A stretch of DNA of 62,197 nucleotides, filler included, from a bacterium (GCA_040757115.1; 7 parts of 7 records of this genome joined end to end with filler, not necessarily neighbours in it); one strand, 5' to 3'. Shown: positions 32,558 to 42,841, numbered from the whole stretch's first letter. Notes: a model not told the origin generated them from the letters alone. Made by a program: numbers and translations.

Positions 32558-33901
32558 ATGAAATATCCTGATAATGAAAAAGGGGAAGTAATTTTATTAT
32601 TGGTTGTTTTCATTAGTGTAGTTCTTTTTATGTTAGTTTTCTCTTTTTATTTATTATCTAAAGTAGGGTATAGTAATGCGGTTTTAGAGGAAGGTTATTG
32701 CGTGGCACTGCCATTAGCCGAGGCTGGGGCAGAAAGGGCTATGTGGCACTTAACTCAAACTCCATCCTGGCGAGCAGGCTATGGCAATCCTCATGGAGCA
32801 GGTGAGCCTTTTTATTACCCAAATTCTACTTATGAAATAGGGCAGTATTGGGTGACTCTTTCTACTGTTTTACAGACAGTAGATTATAGCATTGTGCGGA
32901 TTACCAGCCGGGCACAGGTTAAAGGTCCTAAATTATTTGGTGTAGGGGTAGGTTTTGGGGCAACTAAAATGATAGAGGAAGTAGTAAAAGTAGTTTTTAC
33001 TGTTAAGCCTGTCGGGGCGCGATATGCAATTATGACAGGTGGGAAACTAAATCTTAATGCCAACTCTATTATCTATGGAAGTATTCGGGCAAATGATACA
33101 ATCCAGATTGATGCAAAAACAGATATTTATCCTGACCCTTTCTATCGTGAAGGCCGTGTTTTGACCAGTAAAAATATTGGAGTTAAGGCAAACCTGTTTC
33201 TTCATGATACATCTAATGATTTGCAGGATGTAAGAGCAAAGGGAACTATTACTGATAAGTCTAAAATAAGTGGAACCGCTGATGGTATTTTTGAGTATGA
33301 TACAACTTCAGATACAGATGGGTTGATTAATGATGGTAGTATTAAGCCGGGTGAATCAGGAACTTACATTCCTAATCCGAATATGAATGAGATTATGGCG
33401 GCAGTTACGCAGGTTCATACTGAAACCAAACTTCAAAATTTTGACCTCGCCGGTGGGGTGCATCTTTTCCTTAATGGGATTGAGTTTACACCAGGAAAAA
33501 TTTCTGGTAAAGGAACAATTATTGTTATTAATAACAAAGATGTAGTCTTTTCTACGCCAGTGGGAAAGGAAGGTGAGCCAGTTGAAATGAATATCATTGT
33601 TATCAGTGGAACAGATGGGGTAATTGGCACAGGTGATATTTATTTTAATCAAAGTTCACATCTGAAAGGGTTGATTTATTGTCATGATAGTATCTATGCT
33701 CAGGCTAATTTTTCAGTTACGGGCTCGGTGATAAGTTATGATGGAGAATTGATATTACCTAAGGCACAGTCGGAATATACGCTAAATCCATTTATGCCAG
33801 TTACTCCACCTGGATTTAGTAATTGGTGGGATCCAACGGGCAATGTCGTCGGTAGTGGTGGTAGTCCGGTTACAGTTCTCTCATGGAGGGAATTATTATA
33901 A
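32558..33901 (+). CDS. PilX-like minor pilin
   Basis: NEKG|EVILLL; ALPLAEAGAERA. Confidence 0.75.
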   Translation: MKYPDNEKGEVILLLVVFISVVLFMLVFSFYLLSKVGYSNAVLEEGYCVALPLAEAGAERAMWHLTQTPSWRAGYGNPHGAGEPFYYPNSTYEIGQYWVTLSTVLQTVDYSIVRITSRAQVKGPKLFGVGVGFGATKMIEEVVKVVFTVKPVGARYAIMTGGKLNLNANSIIYGSIRANDTIQIDAKTDIYPDPFYREGRVLTSKNIGVKANLFLHDTSNDLQDVRAKGTITDKSKISGTADGIFEYDTTSDTDGLINDGSIKPGESGTYIPNPNMNEIMAAVTQVHTETKLQNFDLAGGVHLFLNGIEFTPGKISGKGTIIVINNKDVVFSTPVGKEGEPVEMNIIVISGTDGVIGTGDIYFNQSSHLKGLIYCHDSIYAQANFSVTGSVISYDGELILPKAQSEYTLNPFMPVTPPGFSNWWDPTGNVVGSGGSPVTVLSWRELL

Positions 33902-34509
33902 TGTGTTTAAGCAATGGTTATGTCCTCGGGGAGTGGACGCAAAGGGGAATGAAAATGTATTTAAGGAGTGATACTGGTGGGAATGCTGAAGTCGAGGCAG
34001 CGCAGGCTCGGGGCACCCATGCAGAGCATGGGTCGTGTGGCTACCAGCCTTCCCGAGTCCCGAACCCCGAGTCCCGAGTCCCTATTTTCAGGGAAAATGA
34101 AAAAGGAATAGGTTTGATAGAAATTCTCTTGATGGTAGTTGTTTTAGTTTTTATTGTCATGGTGGTGATGATGGTGCTTTATACGGGCTCAAAGAAGGTA
34201 GTCAGCACAGGGAATTCGACTATCGCGGTTAAATTATGTCAAGAAACCATTGAGATAATCAGAAAGATGGAGACCAAAGGTATTCCTGAAGGAACTTTTC
34301 CTCCAGATACTTCTTTATTGTTTCCTCAAGGAACCTATGGCCCAGTAACCGTAGGTAAAGAAAATGGAACAAGAACAATCTCGGTGAGGAAAATTATCGA
34401 CCCGGAATCTACCGGAACAAATACAGGTTATCTCGAAATAATCACAAGTGTTACCTGGCAGGAAGATGAAAGGATAAGAAGTCGATTGTTAGCTACCTAT
34501 AAGAAGTAG
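33901..34509 (+). CDS. PilV-like prepilin with an in-frame insertion in the leader
   Basis: NEKG|IGLIEILL; GGAGG SD and TAATG overlap at 33901. Confidence 0.75.
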   Translation: MCLSNGYVLGEWTQRGMKMYLRSDTGGNAEVEAAQARGTHAEHGSCGYQPSRVPNPESRVPIFRENEKGIGLIEILLMVVVLVFIVMVVMMVLYTGSKKVVSTGNSTIAVKLCQETIEIIRKMETKGIPEGTFPPDTSLLFPQGTYGPVTVGKENGTRTISVRKIIDPESTGTNTGYLEIITSVTWQEDERIRSRLLATYKK

Positions 34510-34547
34510 ATAGCGAGAGACAGTAGTCAGGAGGAGGTGAAAAAAGA

Positions 34548-35426
34548 CTGAAAAAAGGTTATACTTTGATAGAAACATTGGTTAGTCTTATAATCACAGG
34601 AATTGTTATCCTGGTAATTGTATTTTTCTTTAGTGGTGGAATAAAAGATTATATGCAGACAGTTAGAAAACCTCAGGTGAAAGCACAGGAGATTGTGAGG
34701 GAGACGATGAGTGGCAGGGTAGGAGATAAAAGAGGTGGAATGTTAAAAGAGATGCGGAATCTTATGGGACTATCTTTTGCCGATAGGCGAAATATTACTT
34801 TTGTCCTAAATTTTGGTGAAAGATATGCCGATATAAATAGTAATGGTAAATTTGAGAGTAATGAAGCAATTATTTTTGATGAGGATGGAAATTTTAGTTA
34901 TGAGCAAGGCACAGATACAGTTAAAACAGGGAGTTCTCCACCGGAAGGAACACCACTTTTAAACTTCTATAATTTAGAAAAGCATTCAGATGAGGGTGAA
35001 AATAACTATAAATTTGATAGTGGTGAGACAGTTATCCGTGATTTAAACGATAATAATCAATATGATACAGGAGAGGAAGTTTTAGTAGGTGGTGTTCTGG
35101 CTAATGCAACTAAACTTGTACCATTTGGTAATACCATTACTTATGAGTTAGATATAGCCAATAAAGAGATAAATAGGCTTGAGAACGGAACACATACGGA
35201 GATAGTAGCTGATAATATATTAGTTGATGCCGTGAATAATTCCTTTGGCTTAGAATTTCGATATTTTGATACTAATGGGGCTGAACTTGCATATTTGCCG
35301 CTAAGTCTTAGTGATAAACAGGTAGTTTGCTTCATAGGAATAAGGATAGCTACAGATGTTGATGATGACCAAAAGAGTGATTTTGAATTAAAGACCAGGG
35401 TTTTTCTGAGAAAGCTTATGAAGTAA
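34548..35426 (+). CDS. PilW-like prepilin; inferred CTG start
   Basis: KKG|YTLIETLVSL; AGGAGGTGA SD 7 nt before CTG. Confidence 0.75.
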   Translation: MKKGYTLIETLVSLIITGIVILVIVFFFSGGIKDYMQTVRKPQVKAQEIVRETMSGRVGDKRGGMLKEMRNLMGLSFADRRNITFVLNFGERYADINSNGKFESNEAIIFDEDGNFSYEQGTDTVKTGSSPPEGTPLLNFYNLEKHSDEGENNYKFDSGETVIRDLNDNNQYDTGEEVLVGGVLANATKLVPFGNTITYELDIANKEINRLENGTHTEIVADNILVDAVNNSFGLEFRYFDTNGAELAYLPLSLSDKQVVCFIGIRIATDVDDDQKSDFELKTRVFLRKLMK

Positions 35427-36159
35427 AAGAGATTTTAAAGAAAAACCACTAAGGCACTATGAACAGAAAGAAACACGAAGGAATAACATAGAAATCCTTG
35501 TAAATCTTCGTGTTCTTCGTATCTTCGTGGTAAAAAAGGTATTTTCAGAAAAGAAAGGAAGTTTCACGCAAAGACGCAAAGGACACAAAGAAAAATAAAG
35601 GAGAGAATTACCTTTGGGCCTTTGCGAGAGAAAATTATTTTTTTCTGTGTTCATCTGTGATTGATGCAAAAAGATGGAACCACGAATGGACACGGATGAA
35701 GACAAAATTTATAATTCGTGTTAATTCGTAGTTAAAACCTATTTTTAGGAGAAACGGTCATGTCCACAGGGAGTGGGCACAAAGTCTTATGGTGAAATGT
35801 CAAGTAAAAAATTAAGTTTTTTTAAAAATATTTTTCTTGACTTATATCCCTAAAAAGGCACAAAAATAGTATGTTCGGATACAAGTGAATTTTTTAAATA
35901 NNNNNNNNNNNNNNNNNNNNNNNNNNNNNNNNNNNNNNNNNNNNTTAATTAATTAANNNNNNNNNNNNNNNNNNNNNNNNNNNNNNNNNNNNNNNNNNNN
36001 GGAAAGTAGGAAAGGGGGAGACATTGCCCCCAGAAGAGGAATACCGTGCACATCCTTTATCCCTTTCCTACTTCCCTACTACCTACTTGCCTACTATTTT
36101 CATTCCCCCAAATAACTGATGTATTACATCTTTCCTTTTTCTCCTTCTCAACCTTCTTT

Positions 36160-36957
36160 TTACGCCTCATTCATACTTCCGGTTCGATAACCTTCCAGGT
36201 CAATGCTAATGTAAGTATAGCCAAGTTTTTTGAGATTAGCCACTATTTCCTTTTGCCTCTTCAGGAGGAGGGGTATTTCTTCTTCAAGCACTTCAATTCG
36301 GCAATAGTTTCCATAGTGCCTTATGCGGACAACAGATATGCCAAATCCTTTAATGAATTCTTCTGCAGATTCCACTATTTTTAGAGCATGAGGAGTAATC
36401 CGCATACCATAAGGGAATCTGGAGGCAAGACAGGCCATTGAGGGTTTATCGAAGGTAGGTAATCCCATCATTTTTGATATCTCTCGGATTTCATTTTTAG
36501 TCAATCTGACTTCTTCCAGTAAAGACCGAACGCCAGACTCTTTAATAGCCTCTCTACCCGGTCGGAAATCAGAAATATCATCCACATTTGAGCCATCGAG
36601 TATGTATGGCAGACCGTATTGTTTGGCAATCTGGCATAGTTGGTTGAATAATTTCTTTTTGCACAGGTAACATCTGTTTCTGGGATTATCCGCGAAGTCA
36701 GGGATTTCTAACTCATCCGAATCAATAATTAGATGTTTGACACCCAGTTTTTTTGCCATTGCCTTTGCAGATTCAATCTCTGATGTCGGGTAAAGTGGTG
36801 ACCTGGCGGTGACGGCAAGGACTCTATCCAACAGCACATCACAGGCTATTTTTACCAGTAAGGTAGAATCCACGCCGCCGGAGTAAGCAATTAGCACACC
36901 ACCCATTTCTGAAAGGATATTTTTTAATTTATCTATCTTTGAATAGTCAGTCGTCAT
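36160..36957 (-). CDS. larE: ATP-dependent sulfur transferase LarE
   Basis: AYSGGVDS PP-loop, RCYLCK, DFRPG, ACLASRFPYG, GYRTGSMN. Confidence 0.92.
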   Translation of the reverse strand: MTTDYSKIDKLKNILSEMGGVLIAYSGGVDSTLLVKIACDVLLDRVLAVTARSPLYPTSEIESAKAMAKKLGVKHLIIDSDELEIPDFADNPRNRCYLCKKKLFNQLCQIAKQYGLPYILDGSNVDDISDFRPGREAIKESGVRSLLEEVRLTKNEIREISKMMGLPTFDKPSMACLASRFPYGMRITPHALKIVESAEEFIKGFGISVVRIRHYGNYCRIEVLEEEIPLLLKRQKEIVANLKKLGYTYISIDLEGYRTGSMNEA

Positions 36958-36961
36958 AAAA

Positions 36962-37163
36962 CTTATCCTTACCCACAAGTTTTAGTGGACACCGTGAAGC
37001 GTGAGAAGAAAGGGGTTTTAATAATTGACAATTGACAATTCACCATTCACCATTATTAAGGAAATTTAGGGAAAAAATTGTGAATGGTGAATTGTGAATG
37101 GTGAATTGTGAATGAATGCATAGTTAATAACATTGTCCAGTAAAAGATGTGGGTAAGGATAAG
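36962..37163. mobile_element. 202-bp MITE
   Basis: 16-bp TIR CTTATCCTTACCCACA; 9-bp TSD GTCATAAAA; heptamer arms CACCATT/GTGAATG. Confidence 0.88.
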
Positions 37164-37190
37164 GTCATAAAAAGGTCTGACTCCTAATCC

Positions 37191-38426
37191 CTACATCATC
37201 TTTTCCGAAGTTAGTTCTATTGTTCGTCGGACTTCTTGTTTAAGATGTTCAGGGAGTCCTGGCACCTCCGGGTCTAAAAAGCCGCGCACGATTAATGCGG
37301 TTGCTTCATCTTCATTTAAGCCGCGACTCATCAAATAACACAATTGAGCCTCCTCGATTTTACCTACAGCGGCTTCATGGCTCAAATCACATCCTTCTGC
37401 CTTTGCCTCAAGTTCGGGGATAGAATGAATTTTTGCCTTATCACTTAAGAGTAGTCCACGGCAGTCAAGATGTGCTTTAGTTTCAGCCTTTTCTCCAACC
37501 AGATGTCCTCTGGCGATTATCTGAGTAGAGTCTCTGGCAATTGCTCTGGCAGTCATTTCCGCCCGTGTCCCTTCAGCCTTAAGCACTGCCCTTGAACCAA
37601 CATCAAGTAGAGAGTTATCGCAACCATAAAGCAGAGTATGGTATCTGACACGGCTATTTTTGCCCATTAAATACGAGGTTGGATACATCTGAATGCTTTT
37701 AACGGGTTTAAAACAGATATAATTGGAGATGAATGTGCCACCTTCTTCGATAATTGCACCAGTTCTTGGTCTGACTTCAACATCTTCTGCCCAACCGTGA
37801 ATCATGGTAAAGGTAATCGTTGCTCCCCTCTTCACATAAAATTCCGAGATGCCAATATGCATCCCACTCAAAACCAATGGATGGGTAGTACAGCCAGTGA
37901 TGATATGGAGTTCTGATTTTTCTTCGGCAATAATGATATTATGCACAGCCTGTAATAATCCCGCAGTGCCAATGAACAAGCAGGCTTGCACTGGCATGCT
38001 CAATTTAACACCCTCATTAGCGCGGATAAAATAACCACCTGTCAGGTTGGTTTCTGTTCTGGCGGTGTATTTATCCATATCTACGGCCACTGCTTTCCAA
38101 TAGTAATCTTTTAGCCAATCATACTGCTCAATTGCCTCAGGCGTACTTAATACCTCAACTCCTTTTATCCCTTTCTTCTGACAGGCAAGAATAGGCGTGT
38201 GGTCATACTGAAAGAATGTTCCCGAGCGTTTATTTTCATCTGAATTTATTCCTACTTGATGAGCTTTTTCAGCCACCTGGCCGGTTAATTTATCCGGGGA
38301 AGAAATCATCTCTACATAGGCTGGTTTTGAACTAAATTTATCAATGTCTATATCTGGACCGAGCAGAGCGGGTTTCTCTCTTACTTTTTCTGCAGATGCT
38401 TTTAATTCTTCTCTAAAATCAGTCAT
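37191..38426 (-). CDS. sufB: SufB/SufD-family Fe-S scaffold (SmsB-like)
   Basis: PVQACL, ITGCT, HIGISEFY, DCRGLLL, LSHEAAVGKI, YLMSRGL. Confidence 0.88.
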   Translation of the reverse strand: MTDFREELKASAEKVREKPALLGPDIDIDKFSSKPAYVEMISSPDKLTGQVAEKAHQVGINSDENKRSGTFFQYDHTPILACQKKGIKGVEVLSTPEAIEQYDWLKDYYWKAVAVDMDKYTARTETNLTGGYFIRANEGVKLSMPVQACLFIGTAGLLQAVHNIIIAEEKSELHIITGCTTHPLVLSGMHIGISEFYVKRGATITFTMIHGWAEDVEVRPRTGAIIEEGGTFISNYICFKPVKSIQMYPTSYLMGKNSRVRYHTLLYGCDNSLLDVGSRAVLKAEGTRAEMTARAIARDSTQIIARGHLVGEKAETKAHLDCRGLLLSDKAKIHSIPELEAKAEGCDLSHEAAVGKIEEAQLCYLMSRGLNEDEATALIVRGFLDPEVPGLPEHLKQEVRRTIELTSEKMM

Positions 38427-39210
38427 TTTTCATCTCCTTTTCAATAATGGCTTTCAATCCTGGTGGACAGAGTTCTAAATATTCACAAAATCCCTTTTGT
38501 TCAATGCGGGTAAATATTTCTACCGGGTCGCCCGTTTTAACAATCCTGCCCCCGCACATTACATGGGCTAAATCGGGTCTTAAATAAGGTAGAATATGGC
38601 GGTAATGGGTAACAACCAGACAGGCACAATGATTTTCTTCAATATACTCACCTAAATCTTTACCAATCATTTTTAGCGAGTCAATATCAACGCCAGAATC
38701 AGGTTCATCAAGAATCATTAATTTTGGTTTTGAGGCAAATATTTGAGCTACTTCTGAGCGTTTTCGCTCACCACCTGAGAAACCAACATTAACCTCTCTA
38801 TCCCGAAAAACCTCTGGTAAAAGTCCTACTTTAGTCAAAAGAGGTGTGGCGAATGATTCTTGTGGTTCTTTAAACGAGTCCCAGAGAGTCTTACCACCGG
38901 CTATTCTGATTAAATCGCGCAATTTTACACCCCTTATCTCTGGTGGAGATTGAAAAGCAACTGACAATCCTAATTTTACCCGTTGATGAATTGGTTTAGA
39001 ATTTAATTCAGTGCCAGCAAAGGTTATTTTTCCGCTTACCACCTGATAATGAGGGTAACCTAATAAGGTCATAATTAAAGTGCTTTTGCCCGAGCCATTT
39101 GGTCCCATCAAGATATGCACCTCTCCTTTTTCAATATTTAGATGGACGCCATTTAACACCTGCTTATTATTAACCTTTACCACTAAATCCTTTATTTCTA
39201 ACAAACTCAT
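38419..39210 (-). CDS. sufC: SufC-family ATPase (SmsC-like)
   Basis: GPNGSGKS, GFSGGERKRSE, LDEPDSGVDID. Confidence 0.9.
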   Translation of the reverse strand: MSLLEIKDLVVKVNNKQVLNGVHLNIEKGEVHILMGPNGSGKSTLIMTLLGYPHYQVVSGKITFAGTELNSKPIHQRVKLGLSVAFQSPPEIRGVKLRDLIRIAGGKTLWDSFKEPQESFATPLLTKVGLLPEVFRDREVNVGFSGGERKRSEVAQIFASKPKLMILDEPDSGVDIDSLKMIGKDLGEYIEENHCACLVVTHYRHILPYLRPDLAHVMCGGRIVKTGDPVEIFTRIEQKGFCEYLELCPPGLKAIIEKEMKND

Positions 39211-39321
39211 TCTGAGAGCCTCCTTTATTTAATCCAGCCGCTAACCTCGTTGTCTTTGTGGGATTATTATTCTAACGCCAGAAATAATCCACCCTGCCCC
39301 CCCACCTCGGTTTAACTTCTC

Positions 39322-42300
39322 TTATCTTATTATTCCCACTTTCCCCTTCTTTTTGTCCTTTCCATCATCAACTACGAAGATATAGACACCTGATGGCAGG
39401 TCTTTTCCATCTTTGTTTTTCATCTCATACTCAAACTCTCCAGAGGAATTGGTCCTCTTTTCCCCTTCATATAAAAGCTCGCCGGCAATGTTAAAAACCT
39501 TTAAAGTTATATTTGTATCTTTTGATATATTCTTAAATGTTACTTTATTTACCTTCCTGGCTGGGTTTGGAAAACAATAGACTGAATTAAAGATTACAGG
39601 GACATCTATCTTCGCTGGTTGAGAATTTATCTCTAAAAGGCTATCCTGATTTCCTATCCTTTCTATAAACATTGTCTCTCTATTCTCTTCCATATCAAAG
39701 TTAAAATTTAATTGGGAAGAACCACTATCTTTGACCATAAATCTGACCTTTCCTAAAACGCCTGAATCCATTTCTTGTGGGTTCACTAAACCATAGGCAT
39801 AGTCTATCCTTCCATTTTCTACCCTGTTTATAATCCGATAGGCATTTTCTGGCAGCCAATCTCCTTCTACTATTTTGCCTATTGGTTTAAGGATATTCTC
39901 ATCATAGCTTAGATGAATCTCTCCACACAAAGAATCCCTGGCACCAGAAATAAGGATATTAAACTCTATAATCTCACCTATCTTTACATTATTAATAGAT
40001 TCTGGCTCAAACTTTAAGGTAATCTTTCCACCTTCTCTTTTTGCCTTTAATGGTTTTATTCCTTCTAAAGTTTGTTGTTCACCAAAGTTTGCCCTGAATA
40101 TCATAAAATCATCAATGTTTATTATGGCATCAGCGTTAAAATCGCAATTAGAATTATAATAAGTTTTTGAACCTAAAGTATCGGCAAGTGCTGGCCAATC
40201 TGATATATTTATCTGGCCATCGCCATTTGCGTCTCCTAAGATGAGGATAATTGTTCCCTGCTCAGTTGTCTCATTAAATTGTGTCTTTGTTATGATAACA
40301 TCTGTCTTTGTGGCTGGTGTTGCCCCGGGATAGGTAAAGGCTAAGCTATAAGTTCCAACCTGGATATGGTCAAAGATAAACCTTGAGTCAGGAGTTGTTG
40401 TGGTTGTTGCACCCGTTTCAATTAATCTAACACTAATACTTCCAACCCTCTGTCCTGCGGTCCCAAAGTCAATAAAACAAAGCCCTGATATGTTGCCAAA
40501 CCTTCTTAAAGAATAAGCGTTAAATACAACCAAAGAATCAGAAAGTCTTGCCTCTACGGTATAAGTTCCTGGCGGCTCTTTCCCTAAGATAAGATATGCG
40601 CCTGTTGTTCCATTGATGTTAGTTAATGTTTGGGTTTGGGATAGATTAAATCCAGATGCACCATCTGGACTATCTGTAATTTCCCAGTTTATCAAAACAT
40701 CTGGATAAGGGTTATGATAAATATCTTCTACCTTTATCACAAAGGGATTAGGTAACGTCTCCTCGCAGTTGGCTCGCTGGTTATTTCCGCAGACATAAAG
40801 AATGGTTGTTGGTGTGCCTGTCACATAGATTATGCCATCTTCTTTATTGAATGGAATGGCGTTTGAAGATGCATCCCGAAGAGTGGTAGAAGTTCCAAAA
40901 CACAAGGAAGATGTTCCTTCATCCTCTCCTCTAAATCTGATAGAGCATAAAACACCAGAACCTGTTGCTGAACCGATTAATCCAACAAAGTAATAAATAC
41001 TTCCAGTGCTATTATCATATCGCTGAACAACCATACCTCCTTGCGGAAATTCACCAGAGGTGATGGTTGAAACCTCAAGGATATCCGGATTAAAGGAAAG
41101 AAAGAGCTCTGCTCCGGCCATATTCGTTACATCTTCTATCAGAACATCAACAGTAGATTCTGTGCCTCTGTGAATAACCTTTGATGATGGGACAATCCTT
41201 AATTTTGTTATTGTCGGTAATGTGTGGACAATTATAGCCTCAACTACGGAAAAGGTTCCATAATTGAGTGCTTTATCTGTCAGGGTTCCGTAGAGGGTAT
41301 ATGTTCCATCTGAAAGCCCACAATAAGATAAAGAAATGGTGCCATTATTTAAACCAAAGATTGTGGTTGTATTTGAGGCAAATATATGACCATCTCTTGC
41401 TAACACGATGGTGAATGTAGCGGGATTTTTCTCTGTCCAGATAAAGGCGACAATAATGGTTGCGGTTGCTGGTGTGGTATAAGGTATTGTTCCATCATTG
41501 ATATTTGTTATTTCAACCATAGGTTTGGTGGTATCAACAATGGTTGAGGTAGTAGTTCCTGTAAATAATTCTTCATTACCTGCCATATCCTTTGCTTTGG
41601 TATAGAAGAACCATTTGCCATCTGTATTTGTGCCTAAATTACAGGTGAATGTTCCCGTAGTAAGTATTCCAGAAATGGGTTGATAGGTATGATAGTCCCA
41701 TGTCCCTCCCTCTTTCATCTTATAAAGGTTAATTTGCTTAAGTCCTGATTTATCAAAGGCAAGGTAAGGAATCTTAAGGCTTGAGGTATTTGAGTATTCG
41801 GACAGAGAAAGGGGATAAGATGCAGGTAAGATACCATCTAAAGTAACTGGGACATCACATATCTTTGTGTATGTGTTTGTGCCAATGGTAAGATAACCTG
41901 TAAGTGTGCCATTGATAATATTGTCTCCATTCTTGACCGTGTAGGTTCCTGTATAGGTGCCTGGCTGTATTTCTGTCATAGTTGTTGTCGCCATACCAGA
42001 AATAACAAAGGTAGCAAAACCGTATGGCGTTCCATTCATAACTACCTCAAGAACCTTTCCAATTCCCAGGGATGTCGTGCCGGAATGGGTAAGGAAGGTA
42101 ATGGCGTTTTCATTAGTTATTGGCAGAATATATCCCATAGAAAGGCTATAAAAGCTATTCTTGCATTCACCAATACATCCCTGACCACTGGAATCGACTA
42201 ATTTATCCCCACCTGAAACCCTTATCCCACCACCCTGGTCTACCACTTGCCAGAAAACATTATCTGCATAAGAAGTGGTAGGGAAGACAGATAAAATAAT

Positions 42301-42342
42301 TAGAGTTAATAAAACTCCTTTTTTATCTTGTAATCTAATCAT
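39322..42342 (-). CDS. secreted protein with two cohesin-like domains, a dockerin and FlgD-Ig/T9SS-A-like tail
   Basis: LSFNPDILEV..GSGVLCSIRF; GDANGDGQINISD..DFNADAIINIDD; FPNP..SGVYIF..KGKVGIIR. Confidence 0.8.
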   Translation of the reverse strand: MIRLQDKKGVLLTLIILSVFPTTSYADNVFWQVVDQGGGIRVSGGDKLVDSSGQGCIGECKNSFYSLSMGYILPITNENAITFLTHSGTTSLGIGKVLEVVMNGTPYGFATFVISGMATTTMTEIQPGTYTGTYTVKNGDNIINGTLTGYLTIGTNTYTKICDVPVTLDGILPASYPLSLSEYSNTSSLKIPYLAFDKSGLKQINLYKMKEGGTWDYHTYQPISGILTTGTFTCNLGTNTDGKWFFYTKAKDMAGNEELFTGTTTSTIVDTTKPMVEITNINDGTIPYTTPATATIIVAFIWTEKNPATFTIVLARDGHIFASNTTTIFGLNNGTISLSYCGLSDGTYTLYGTLTDKALNYGTFSVVEAIIVHTLPTITKLRIVPSSKVIHRGTESTVDVLIEDVTNMAGAELFLSFNPDILEVSTITSGEFPQGGMVVQRYDNSTGSIYYFVGLIGSATGSGVLCSIRFRGEDEGTSSLCFGTSTTLRDASSNAIPFNKEDGIIYVTGTPTTILYVCGNNQRANCEETLPNPFVIKVEDIYHNPYPDVLINWEITDSPDGASGFNLSQTQTLTNINGTTGAYLILGKEPPGTYTVEARLSDSLVVFNAYSLRRFGNISGLCFIDFGTAGQRVGSISVRLIETGATTTTTPDSRFIFDHIQVGTYSLAFTYPGATPATKTDVIITKTQFNETTEQGTIILILGDANGDGQINISDWPALADTLGSKTYYNSNCDFNADAIINIDDFMIFRANFGEQQTLEGIKPLKAKREGGKITLKFEPESINNVKIGEIIEFNILISGARDSLCGEIHLSYDENILKPIGKIVEGDWLPENAYRIINRVENGRIDYAYGLVNPQEMDSGVLGKVRFMVKDSGSSQLNFNFDMEENRETMFIERIGNQDSLLEINSQPAKIDVPVIFNSVYCFPNPARKVNKVTFKNISKDTNITLKVFNIAGELLYEGEKRTNSSGEFEYEMKNKDGKDLPSGVYIFVVDDGKDKKKGKVGIIR

Positions 42343-42427
42343 AGTCGTTTTCCTTCTTTTTATCGTTTTGCGAGAAATTTAATCTTTATTCCTTTCTTCC
42401 AGCAATAACTAACGTATTACTTTTTAT

Positions 42428-42585
42428 GTAACCGTTCAGGTAGTCTGGTATCTGGGTGTCTAAGTGTCTGGGTTACATAGATTACCAGACACATAGACAC
42501 CCTTTACGCAAAATTGTAGGATTTGTTACTATCCTGATTTCCTGGCTGTTAACTGATTGCTGATACCTGATGGCTGAACGCTTAC
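42428..42585. mobile_element. IS66-like-end MITE
   Basis: GTAACCGTTCAG/CTGAACGCTTAC; TSD CTTTTTAT/CTCTTTAT. Confidence 0.8.
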
Positions 42586-42605
42586 CTCTTTATCTACATT
42601 TTTTC

Positions 42606-42772
42606 GTAACTATTCACCACGAAGAGCACGAAGGACACGAAGATGTTACAGAACAAGTCTCTTTATGCCTTCTTTCAATCTTTCCACATTGAAATTTATC
42701 AACAGACTAACCTTAATATTTGCTAACTTCATTAGATATTTCATCAAATTTCACTTCGTGCCCTTCGTGGTT
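42606..42772. mobile_element. MITE with GxxExxY C-terminal remnant; right TIR missing
   Basis: GTAACTATTCACCACG; minus-strand MKLANIKVSLLINFNVERLKEGIKRLVL*. Confidence 0.75.
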
Positions 42773-42784
42773 TAATCTCTTTTA

Positions 42785-42841
42785 GTCTAACACTGAAATA
42801 AGCGGTGAGCGAAGCGAATCCACTTCATTGATTGGTTAGGC
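42785..42841 (-). other. 57-bp attC site
   Basis: GCCTAAC-CAATC-AATGAAG-TGGATTCGCTTCGCTCACCG-CTTATTT-CAGT-GTTAGAC downstream of the PIN gene. Confidence 0.82.

Noticed and set aside
33917-33960. c-di-GMP-I riboswitch suggested by GGACGCAAAG
   Set aside because: Lacks the GGCAAAC/GAAA context; similar hairpin at ~35760 points to a repeat end
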